Source: Balanoglossus misakiensis (Eukaryota > Animalia > Hemichordata). Taken from it: a DNA stretch of 64,000 nt. A model generated the notes under the pieces. The model did not search any database and was not told the DNA's origin. It saw only the letters and a program-made list of their open reading frames with translations. Location: assembly GCA_040954595.2 (NCBI GenBank), contig CM082593.2, forward strand, positions 2,745,434 to 2,809,433, written 5' to 3'. Of this stretch, positions 1-11,334 are shown piece after piece (the stretch's first letter is position 1; each line of letters starts with the position of its first letter). The translations under genes were made by a program, and so were the position numbers.

Positions 1-3000
1 AAGACTGGATATGGTGCCCACTTCACTGGAAAACAGCTAGACTGGTAATGGAAAACAACAAGACTGGATATGGTGCCCACTTCACTGGAAAACAGCTAGA
101 CTGGTAATGGAAAAGAACAAGACTGGATATGGTGCCCACTTCACTGGAAAACAGCCAGTAATGCAAAAGAACAAGACTGGATATGGTGCCCACTTCACAG
201 GAAAACAGCTAGACTGGTAATGGAAAAGAACAAGACTGGATATGGTGCCCACTTCACTGGAAAACAGCTAGACTGGTAATGGAAAAGAACAAGACTGGAT
301 ATGGTGCCCACTTCACTGGAAAACAGCTAGACTGGTAATGGAAAAGAACAAGACTGGATATGGTGCCCACTTCACTGGAAAACAGCTAGACTGGTAATGG
401 AAAAGAACAAGACTGGATATGGTGCCCACTTCACTGGAAAATCAGATGCTTTGGTTTATACAGCCCAAGAAGAAACCAGAAGATTGTAGTTACTGTTAAT
501 GATGAACATTTTATTGTCAGTTTTAATTATTGTATTTTGTAGTGTAACAGTAGATTGTAATGTCAAAGAGAGAGCAAGTTAATATTTTACAATTATACAC
601 AAATTGACTATTTTTTACAGCTAGACTGGTAATGGAAAAGAACAAGACTGGATATGGTGCCCACTTCACTGGAAAACAGCTAGACTGGTAATGGAAAAGA
701 ACAAGACTGGATATGGTGCCCACTTCACTGGAAAACAGCTAGACTGGTAATGGAGAAGAACAAGACTGGATATGGTGCCCACTCCACTGGAAAACAGCTA
801 GACTGGTAATGGAAAAGAACACAACTGGATATGGTGCCCACTTCACTGGAAAACAGCTAGACTGGTAATGGAAAAGAACAAGACTGGATATGGTGCCCAC
901 TTCACTGGAAAACAGCTAGACTGGTAATGGAAAAGAACAAGACTGGATATGGTGCCCACTTCACTGGAAAACAGCTAGACTGGTATTATGGAAAAGAACA
1001 AGACTGGATATGGTGCCCACTTCACTGGAAAACAGCTAGACTGGTAATGGAAAAGAACAAGACTGGATATGGTGCCCACTTCACTGGAAAATCAGATGCT
1101 TTGGTTTATACAGCCCAAGAAGAAACCAGAAGATTGTAGTTACTGTTAATGATGAACATTTTATTGTCAGTTTTAATTATTGTATTTTGTAGTGTAACAG
1201 TAGATTGTAATGTCAAAGAGAGAGCAAGTTAATATTTTACAATTATACACAAATTGACTATTTTTTACAGCTAGACTGGTAATGGAAAAGAACAAGACTG
1301 GATATGGTGCCCACTTCACTGGAAAACAGCTAGACTGGTAATGGAAAAGAACAAGACTGGATATGGTGCCCACTTCACTGGAAACTGCTAGACTGGTAAT
1401 GGAAAAGAACAAGACTGGATATGGTGCCCACTTCACTGGAAAACAGCTAGACTGGTAATGGAAAAGAACAAGACTGGATATGGTGCCCACTTCACTGGAA
1501 AACAGCTAGACTGGTGCCCACTTCACTGGAAAACAGCTAGACTGGTAATGGAGAAGAACAAGACTGGATATGGTGCCCACTCCACTGGAAAACAGCTAGA
1601 CTGGTAATGGAAAAGAACACAACTGGATATGGTGCCCACTTCACTGGAAAACAGCTAGACTGGTAATGGAAAAGAACAAGACTGGATATGGTGCCCACTT
1701 CACTGGAAAACAGCTAGACTGGTAATGGAAAAGAACAAGACTGGATATGGTGCCCACTTCACTGGAAAACAGCTAGACTGGTATTATGGAAAAGAACAAG
1801 ACTGGATATGGTGCCCACTTCACTGGAAAACAGCTAGACTGGTAATGGAAAAGAACAAGACTGGATATGGTGCCCACTTCACTGGAAAATCAGATGCTTT
1901 GGTTTATACAGCCCAAGAAGAAACCAGAATATTGTAGTTACTGTTAATGATGAACATTTTATTGTCAGTTTTAATTATTGTATTTTGTAGTGTAACAGTA
2001 GATTGTAATGTCAAAGAGAGAGCAAGTTAATATTTTACAATTATACACAAATTGACTATTTTTTACAGCTAGACTGGTAATGGAAAAGAACAAGACTGGA
2101 TATGGTGCCCACTTCACTGGAAAACAGCTAGACTGGTAATGGAAAAGAACAAGACTGGATATGGTGCCCACTTCACTGGAAAACTGCTAGACTGGTAATG
2201 GAAAAGAACAAGACTGGATATGGTGCCCACTTCACTGGAAAACAGCTAGACTGGTGCCCACTTCACTGAAAAACAGCTAGACTGGTAATGGAGAAGAACA
2301 AGACTGGATATGGTGCCCACTCCACTGGAAAACAGCTAGACTGGTAATGGAAAAGAACAAGACTGGATATGGTGCCCACTTCACTGGAAAACAGCTAGAC
2401 TGGTAATGGAAAAGAACAAGACTGGATATGTTGCCCACTTCACTGGAAAACAGCTAGACTGGTAATGGAAAAGAACAAGACTGGATATGGTGCCCACTTC
2501 ACTGGAAAACAGCTAGACTGGTAATGGAAAAGAACAAGACTGGATATGGTGCCCACTTCACTGGAAAACAGCTAGACTGGTAATGGAAAAGAACAAGACT
2601 GGATATGGTGCCCACTTCACTGGAAAATCAGATGCTTTGGTTTATACAGCCCAAGAAGAAACCAGAAGATTGTAGTTACTGTTAATGATGAACATTTTAT
2701 TGTCAGTTTTAATTATTGTATTTTGTAGTGTAACAGTAGATTGTAATGTCAAAGAGAGAGCAAGTTAATATTTTACAATTATACACAAATTGACTATTTT
2801 TTACAGCTAGACTGGTAATGGAAAAGAACAAGACTGGATATGGTGCCCACTTCACTGGAAAACAGCTAGACTGGTAATGGAGAAGAACAAGACTGGATAT
2901 GGTGCCCACTTCACTGGAAAACAGCTAGACTGGTAATGGAGAAGAACAAGACTGGATATGGTGCCCACTTCACTGGAAAACAGCTAGACTGGTAATGGAA

Positions 3001-5988
3001 AAGAACAATACTGGATATGGTGCCCACTTCACTGGAAAACAGCTAGACTGGTAATGGAAAAGAACAAGACTGGATATGGTGCCCACTTCACTGGAAAACA
3101 GCTAGACTGGTAATGGAAAATAACAAGACTGGATATGGTGCCCACTTCACTGGAAAACTGCTAGACTGGTAATGGAAAAGAACACAACTGGATATGGTGC
3201 CCAATTCACTGGAAAACAGCTAGACTGGTAATGGAAAAGAACAAGACTGGATATGGTGCACACTTCACTGGAAAACAGCTAGACTGGTATTATGGAAAAG
3301 AACAAGACTGGATATGGTGCCCACTTCACTGGAAAACAGCTAGACTGGTAATGGAAAAGAACAAGACTGGATATGGTGCCCAGTTCACTGGAAAATCAGA
3401 TGCTTTGGTTTATACAGCCCAAGAAGAAACCAGAAGATTGTAGTTACTGTTAATGATGAACATTTTATTGTCAGTTTTATTTATTGTATTTTGTAGTGTA
3501 ACAGTAGATTGTAATGTCAAAGAGAGAGCAAGTTAATATTTTACAATTATACACAAATTGACTATTTTTTACAGCTAGACTGGTAATGGAAAAGAACAAG
3601 ACTGGATATGGTGCCCACTTCACTGGAAAACTGCTAGACTGGTAATGGAAAAGAACAAGACTGGATATGGTGACCACTTCACTGGAAAACTGCTAGACTG
3701 GTAATGGAAAAGAACAAGACTGGATATGGTGCCCACTTCACTGGAAAACAGCTAGACTGGTAATGGAAAAGAACAAGACTGGATATGGTGCCCACTTCAC
3801 TGGAAAACAGCTAGACTGGTGCCCTCTTCACTGGAAAACAGCTAGACTGGTAATGGAGAAGAACAAGACTGGATATGGTGCCCACTCCACTGGAAAACAG
3901 CTAGACTGGTAATGGAAAAGAACAAGACTGGATATGGTGCCCACTTCACTGGAAAACAGCTAGACTGGTAATGGAAAAGAACAAGACTGGATATGGTGCC
4001 CACTTCACTGGAAAACAGCTAGACTGGTATTATGGAAAAGAACAAGACTGGATATGGTGCCCACTTCACTGGAAAACAGCTAGACTGGTATTATGGAAAA
4101 GAACAAGACTGGATATGGTGCCCACTTCACTGGAAAACAGCTAGACTGGTAATGGAAAAGAACAAGACTGGATATGGTGCCCACTTCACTGGAAAATCAG
4201 ATGCTTTGGTTTATACAGCCCAAGAAGAAACCAGAAGATTGTAGTTACTGTTAATGATGAACATTTTATTGTCAGTTTTAATTATTGTATTTTGTAGTGT
4301 AACAGTAGATTGTAATGTCAAAGAGAGAGCAAGTTAATATTTTACAGTTATACACAAATTGACTATTTTTTACAGCTAGACTGGTAATGGAAAAGAACAA
4401 GACTGGATATGGTGCCCACTTCACTGGAAAACAGCTAGACTGGTAATGGAAAAGAACAAGACTGGATATGGTGCCCACTTCACTGGAAAACTGCTAGACT
4501 GGTAATGGAAAAGAACAAGACTGGATATGGTGCCCACTTCACTGGAAAACAGCTAGACTGGTAATGGAAAAGAACAAGACTGGATATGGTGCCCACTTCA
4601 CTGGAAAACAGCTAGACTGGTGCCCACTTCACTGGAAAACAGCTAGACTGGTAATGGAGAAGAACAAGACTGGATATGGTGCCCACTCCACTGGAAAACA
4701 GCTAGACTGGTAATGGAAAAGAACAAGACTGGATATGGTGCCCACTTCACTGGAAAACAGCTAGACTGGTAATGGAAAAGAACAAGACTGGATATGGTGC
4801 CCACTTCACTGGAAAACAGCTAGACTGGTAATGGAAAAGAACAAGACTGGATATGGTGCCCACTTCACTGGAAAACATCTAGACTGGTATTATGGAAAAG
4901 AACAAGACTGGATATGGTGCCCACTTCACTGGAAAACAGCTAGACTGGTATTATGGAAAAGAACAAGACTGGATATGGTGCCCACTTCACTGGAAAACAG
5001 CTAGACTGGTAATGGAAAAGAACAAGACTGGATATGGTGCCCACTTCACTGGAAAATCAGATGCTTTGGTTTATACAGCCCAAGAAGAAACCAGAAGATT
5101 GTAGTTACTGTTAATGATGAACATTTTATTGTCAGTTTTAATTATTGTATTTTGTAGTGTAACAGTAGATTGTAATGTCAAAGAGAGAGCAAGTTAATAT
5201 TTTACAGTTATACACAAATTGACTATTTTTTACAGCTAGACTGGTAATGGAAAAGAACAAGACTGGATATGGTGCCCACTTCACTGGAAAACAGCTAGAC
5301 TGGTAATGGAAAAGAACAAGACTGGATATGGTGCCCACTTCACTGGAAAACTGCTAGACTGGTAATGGAAAAGAACAAGACTGGATATGGTGCCCACTTC
5401 ACTGGAAAACAGCTATACTGGTAATGGAGAAGAACAAGACTGGATATGGTGCCCACTTCACTGGAAAACAGCTAGACTGGTAATGGAGAAGAACAAGACT
5501 GGATATGGTGCCCACTTCACTGGAAAACAGCTAGACTGGTAATGGAGAAGAACAAGACTGGATATGGTGCCCACTTCACTGGAAAACAGCTAGACTGGTA
5601 ATGGAGAAGAACAAGACTGGATATGGTGCCCACTTCACTGGAAAACAGCTAGACTGGTAATGGAAAAGAACAAGACTGGATATGGTGCCCACTTCACCGG
5701 AAAACAGCTAGACTGGTAATGGAAAAGAACAAGACTGGATATGGTGCCCACTTCACCGGAAAACAGCTAGACTGGTAATGGAAAAGAACAAGACTGGATA
5801 TGGTTCTCACTGCACTGGAAAATCAGATGCTTTGGTTTATACAGCCCAAGAAGATTGTAGTTACTGTTAATGATGAACATTTTATTGTCAGTTTTAATTA
5901 TTGTATTTTGTAGTGTAACAGTAGATTGTAATGTCAAGGAGAGAGCAAGTTAATATTTTACAATTATACACAAATTGACTAATTTTTA
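1..5988. repeat. Composite tandem array: 59-bp monomer arranged in 650-860-bp higher-order units, each closed by a ~176-bp AT-rich segment (array runs off the window start)
   Basis: Monomer is AGCTAGACTGGTAATGGAAAAGAACAAGACTGGATATGGTGCCCACTTCACTGGAAAAC. The interrupting segment (TCAGATGCTTTGG...TTGACTATTTTTTAC) starts at 442, 1092, 1890, 2628, 3396, 4197, 5057 and 5823. Confidence 0.97.
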
Positions 5989-6393
5989 CTGTATCACAAA
6001 TGACTTCAAAATTTTACTCAAAAGTAAGCGATTTCTTTTTTATTCAAGCACAAAGCAAATTGATGTCAAGTCCAACTTGTCCAACTTCTGGCAGAATGAT
6101 GCCTATTTAATGTCGTATGGGGATTTTTATTTATTGATATGCACATCAAATTTTCAGTGATCAGCCAGTCTGAAGATCAATGGATTTCCCACATAGCTCA
6201 TTTAAATGCGGCCGCAGCGTTCATGCTTTAACTCCATAACTTGTGGGTCCAGTGATCTTCGGATTTACCATTTCAGCCTAATTATAAGCGTAACCACTAA
6301 CATAGTAACTTGCGCGTAACAACTAACATTAATATATTAGGCTCAATGGTAATGGCGTAGCTGAAGGGATATGGGCAATTTGAAAACTTTATA

Positions 6394-6645
6394 AAGTCAA
6401 AATGTATTCAATTACAAAGTTGGACAACCATGTTTAAATTTAATGTAATTTATTCAAATTGATCAAAATTTTATTGAATTGTTTTATATACAAAGTTGGA
6501 CAACCATGTTTAAACTTAATGTAATTTATTCAAATTGATCAAAATTGGATTGAATTGTTTAAGTCAAAATGTATACAATTACAAAGTTGGACGACCATGT
6601 TTAAACTTAATGTATTAATTTACTCAAATTGACCAAAATTGGATT
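6394..6645. repeat. Three imperfect copies of a ~75-90-bp AT-rich tandem repeat
   Basis: ACAAAGTTGGAC(A/G)ACCATGTTTAAA(T/C)TTAATGTA...TCAAATTGA(T/C)CAAAATT recurs near 6414, 6490 and 6581. Confidence 0.85.
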
Positions 6646-7154
6646 AGACTTGCTCTCTCAAGACCTGATAGGTGTGAGTTGATTTAGCTTCAATACATGT
6701 ATCTCTCTCTCTATTGCTATGAATGCATGCTATTTCCATTTTCTAGCTTTCTGGAATGGCATGCATACATTGCATCTTCACTCTTGCATATAATTGATTG
6801 TATCAATGATACAATCAATTATCCTCTTTCCTCTCTCTATCCCCTTTTCTCTTCGAAAGCTGGGAGCAGTATTGGAAATCACTAAATTTTCAAAATGTTT
6901 TCAATTTGGATACTTCTGTTTGTTTAAGCGACAACAGAAAGGTTGTCTTAACTGCTGCTAATTTAAGCAACACCTAAAATTGAACAAATTATGAAATACT
7001 CAAATGAAAAAAATGCAATGAATTCTGCTCATGGTTCCGTGACAATGTCTTTGCCCTAATGCTATTTTAATTGATCAATTGGCATTTGCTTCTACAAATA
7101 AATTGCTGTAGAAATCAAAATGAAATTCAAGACATTGAATATACTGTCACTGGA

Positions 7155-7168
7155 CCGCTAGGGGGCGC
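7155..7168 (+). promoter_or_regulatory. CTCF core-motif match
   Basis: CCGCTAGGGGGCGC closely matches the CTCF core consensus. Binding is not shown. Confidence 0.45.
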
Positions 7169-7404
7169 AGCTATTGTAAGCTGTGGATGTCTCAATAAAA
7201 CCGAGACACATTGCACCAATTATGACTTATTCAGTTGCCGATTGCTCCTGTGACTTAGAAAAGAGAGCTAAATATACCACTCATAGGAGCAAGCTTTTCT
7301 AAGTCATAGAAGTAAGATGTTAGTTTGAGGCTAACACAACCACCTCTGAGAGCACACACACATCAATCCTTTGTGACATGATTGTATATGGCAAGTTTGT
7401 GTCA

Positions 7405-7888
7405 TCGCTTTTCAAAATCAGGCCGACCCCCCCCCCCTTCACCCAGCACCAAAAAATGATGACCCCCCCCCCCTTTGGCAGACCCAAAAATATGATGACC
7501 CCCCCCCCCCCCAATGCTGAAAACATTCGCTGTCCTGATCCTATGTACACTGTATGCAATAAAGGGAATGAGGCTCCTCACACCTCAAATATAAATTTCT
7601 TAAAGTAATTGAAGTATATATTAGTATCGTTGCAATAAAGAAATCTATGAACAAAATAAAATGACAAGTCAATACATTAATAGTTGCTACAATTGGTAAA
7701 ACAAGAAAAGTGGCGGGGGTGGGCGCGAAACTGCAATTTTGTGGACTCAAAAGCAAAAGTTCGGTGGCAAAAGTATGTGACCCCCCCCCTAAACGTTTAA
7801 AAAAAACAGATGACCCCCCCCCCTCCTTTTGGACTTCAAAATTTAAGTGACCCCCCCCCCCCCGCCGTAAAAATTGAACGGTCCCTAA
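7405..7888 (-). mobile_element. Probable non-autonomous DNA-transposon relic with repeated TGAC-polyC motifs
   Basis: There are about six GAC+C7-14 motifs. The right end AAAATTGAACGGTCCCTAA resembles the TIR end of the MITE at 49946-50129. No matching left terminus was found. Confidence 0.45.
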
Positions 7889-7889
7889 C

Positions 7890-8400
7890 GGCAGGTTCCA
7901 TGCACACGTTGGCAAAATTGTTTGCGTTCGTACACCACATGCTGAAGCAGTGTGTCAAGGCTAGGCTTCGTCGGTCATTCGAGGTTCATGGTAGGTATAT
8001 CTCATTCTGTATTTTCACTTCACGCCAAGCTCTGCGCGTGAGTAACAGCCTTAACATTTTTATGGAGCAATTTTACGGAGGTGGGCGGGGCGTCTCTCTC
8101 AGACGCCATGGTCGCCTGCTCTTGTTTTGTGATATCGCTTTCGTCCACGTAACAACTCGAAGCCTTGCACTGATTACAACTACTGTACAGTCTTTTTCTT
8201 ACAATTTTTGTATCACCGCGGCTTCGAGTTGTTGACGGAAGGACCTGTGCTTTCGTCTATCAGAATAACTTGGCGTTACCATGGCATTGTGTACAGATCG
8301 ATAACACACCGTTATATTGAAATTAACAATGAAAACAATGGCGCTCTGGTTTCTGAAGGTCACAGTCAATGTGGTGTGCACGCCCATAAATAAGAAAGCC
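7890..8400 (+). promoter_or_regulatory. CpG-rich putative ACSL promoter and first exon (donor ATG|GTAGGT at 7990/7991)
   Basis: Local CpG enrichment in CpG-poor surroundings, with a GC box GGGCGGGGC at ~8083. The exon-terminal ATG is in frame with the acceptor at 11325/11326 (ATG-TCT-TTC-AGC-ATG). Confidence 0.5.
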
Positions 8401-10124
8401 TTTTCAACCATAAACACGGTTAATATTCAAGTTTGAGAAGGAATTGTGGTTCATTAGCCCAGTTTAGAAATAAATCGGAGCAGCGAACAGACATAGGGTC
8501 ACATCCGGTCAACTAACTTGTCTGGAGGTCCACATTGCACATCTGTTCCAAGAGTGCATAGCATTATTGACCAATCAGAATTCGCACCTGCACCATGCAA
8601 ACAAGAGATATGCAATGCAGTGGGCCAATCTAAAGGTCAAATGGTCAATAGTACTTAACACCTGTACTACAATGGTTGAGTAGAGGTCACTTTCGTTCAG
8701 GTCACAGGCCATGTTTATTTCCCACAATGCATTGAAGTCCTACAAATTTTGTTCTTTTATTTGAACTGAAATCACAGTCACTTTGCCATTGAAAAACAAG
8801 ATCTAGTCAGTCAAAGTTTTCCTTACATGGGTGCACTACAGTACATGATCATGACTAGCCTAAGAAATAGGCGATAAGGAGTTGGATCATTAGGTCACTT
8901 CTGATAACAATAAAGATGCCCGAGAAACTGTAGAGGATGTTAACATTTGTGATACTCAGATACTGATTCAGAAACATTTTACAATGTAATCTAATGTTTG
9001 CATAGTATGGTTGTTAAAGTGTCTCGACTCGTACTGCAAAAATGAAATGGAACTCTATATGTAATATATGCAGGTCTATAATGTGATATTCAGGGATGTT
9101 GTTCATGTTGTTCCCTTTGGCTATGGAGCGTGAAAGTTCGTTGACTCCAGTGAAAGCGGCCAAGTCACATGACTAGGCATCGTCAGTGTTATTGTAGTGA
9201 TAGTGCGTAGGAGAGGGAGTGCAAGCTCATTCAGTAGCAGATCTGTTCCTAGTGAAATGGAACTCTTCATATGTTGGTTTGGTCGTCTGACAAGAACGTG
9301 GCTGTGGGTGCTGACTTTCTGCAGTCTACAAGACGGTGTCCAGGTATTTTGAGTCCGAGTGTTTGTTTTGGCTCTACGCTTTGGCAAAATGGGACACGGC
9401 ATAAACTATGCTTGTGAGGTGTATTGTGTATCTAAACTAGTTCTTGCTGGCAAGACCATTTATAATGTATTCCTTTGTGAATAGAACCTTTGACAAAGTG
9501 GGTGACCACAAACAGTTGAGTCATGTGTTTACAAAATCAAAGCCTTGAACTTTCTCTTATATTTTGCTCAAGGCGTCCGGTCCCTTGAGTATTTTTGTTT
9601 GTAGATATGAGATAGTGAGTGTATGTAGCTTATAAAAGTATATTTCGAAGACACTAGAAACTTTAAAGAGAAAAGGAAAATGAAGCTTTCAACAATCAAA
9701 AATTTTAGGAATCTGTTTAATTTTCTGCAACATCAAGTACCTTGATTTGTCCTTTTGGCGGTACAATCAAAGGATATCATGGCTTTTACAGATAGATACC
9801 AGCTGTGTGTAGGGTGAAGTGTCACAGGTTGAAAAGAAATACCTTGTTAATGAGATTGCTGTTTCCTGTGTTACTGTTAGATAAGCATGTTCATACCATG
9901 AGTTCAATGCACACTTTGCCTTATTGTATGCTTATATACACACAGTCGCATATATATGGAAACAACAGAGTCTAGTGAAATTGGCTGCAGAATATGGGCA
10001 AGCTGTTGCAATTTGAAGCTGACCTGTTGTAAAACCACACAATACAAACAGCTATTAAATAAACTCCCAGCATTTAATAATCCAGCATTCATGATGTGTG
10101 GATGATAAATGATGGATAGTCCCT

Positions 10125-10232
10125 ATCTCCGACCTTTGAACTTTGAACGTTACAGTGGGTCGGGGTGGTAACCTTATTAAGCTAGTCTAAACAGACTGTG
10201 AACATTTTGTCAAGGGACGCAGGGCACACGAG
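10125..10232 (+). promoter_or_regulatory. Putative alternative ACSL promoter and non-coding first exon
   Basis: A DR1-like element GACCTTTGAACTTTGAAC (10131-10148) lies ~100 bp before a strong donor, GAG|GTGAGC (10232/10233). Confidence 0.4.
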
Positions 10233-11334
10233 GTGAGCTGTTGTGTATGTTAGTCAAATGTTTTCTTTTCAATTGAAATTTGTTCATGCCTCGTGTAGAC
10301 AAGCGTTGCCTATTCCAGAGAATTGTCTGGTTGTCTGTATTTTGACGCCAACAGATCTGTTTCTACCACGTGTGCAGTTGTAGGTCATATGGTGTATTTC
10401 GCTAATGGTGGATTATACATGTACCTCTAGTAAAATAATGAAATAATGGCAGTATAACTATGAAATAGTCAGTTTTGAGTCATTAATTTTCAAAAGAATG
10501 TCTGAGCCCAGGATAGTATGCATTTGTCAGATCTGTAATGGGTAAAGATTCGTTCTCGCTGATTTGTATTTTAATATTGTACAGACGAAACCTTGACAAA
10601 CAGTGCGATTATGTAACATGCATACATTGTGATGTACTGAATATTCACAGTATACTGTTCCCAGTACATTGTACTTGCAAAGAACCCGTACTTGGGTGTC
10701 AAGAAATTTGTCACATAAACTCAAAGAATAAATATTTAAATATTTGCTGATGTGTTACCATAGCAATGGAATTTATTGTATCATATGTTGAAATGGCCAC
10801 TTGGTAGGTTTAGCGCAAATGCCTTATTATCCATGCAAGTTTGTCAAATTGTTAGTTCAGCTCTGCGACAAACAGCAAACATATGATGAATGAAAGTGTC
10901 TAAAATTGTCAAACACTACTTAGCATTACAAAGCTGCATGCATACAATATCGTTCATGCAAACACTTCAGCGTAAATGTTATGTCAGACTTTCGGTCAGT
11001 TCCGTCTGCCCGCGTTGTGGAGGATTTAAGATTTATGTCTTCGTCAGTCTGTGACTTGACCTTGTAGGTATTCAGCCTTTTATTGCATCGAGTTATCTGT
11101 GCCATGCTCAATGCAGTCAGTAAGAGAATCTCTTGGCCTCTTGACCTCGTCTTCATTCCACACCTTTTAAGAGAGTTTTTGGACAGAGAGAATCTGGATG
11201 ATAAATCAAGTTTGGCCTACATCTGTCTTGTCATCAAATTCAAATTCACACTCAAACGTGCCGTTTAGATACAACCAGGAGCTTTGATGAATTTGATATT
11301 TCAAAAGATGTTTGTTTTGCTGTAGTCTTTCAGC

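Noticed and set aside
601-635. Splice-acceptor-like TTGACTATTTTTTACAG followed by CTG|GTAATG in every higher-order unit (micro-exon array idea)
   Set aside because: The AG is created by the spacer/monomer junction and is absent from the terminal copy. The implied exon is 8 nt, and no host gene is visible.
523-5338. Recurrent 66-aa and 70-aa ORFs in the array
   Set aside because: These are by-products of the repeat. The 59-bp period is not a multiple of 3, and no domain is recognisable.
1-5988. CRISPR-like repeat/spacer appearance
   Set aside because: Repeats are head-to-tail, the interrupting segments are near-identical rather than unique, there are no cas genes, and the context is eukaryotic.
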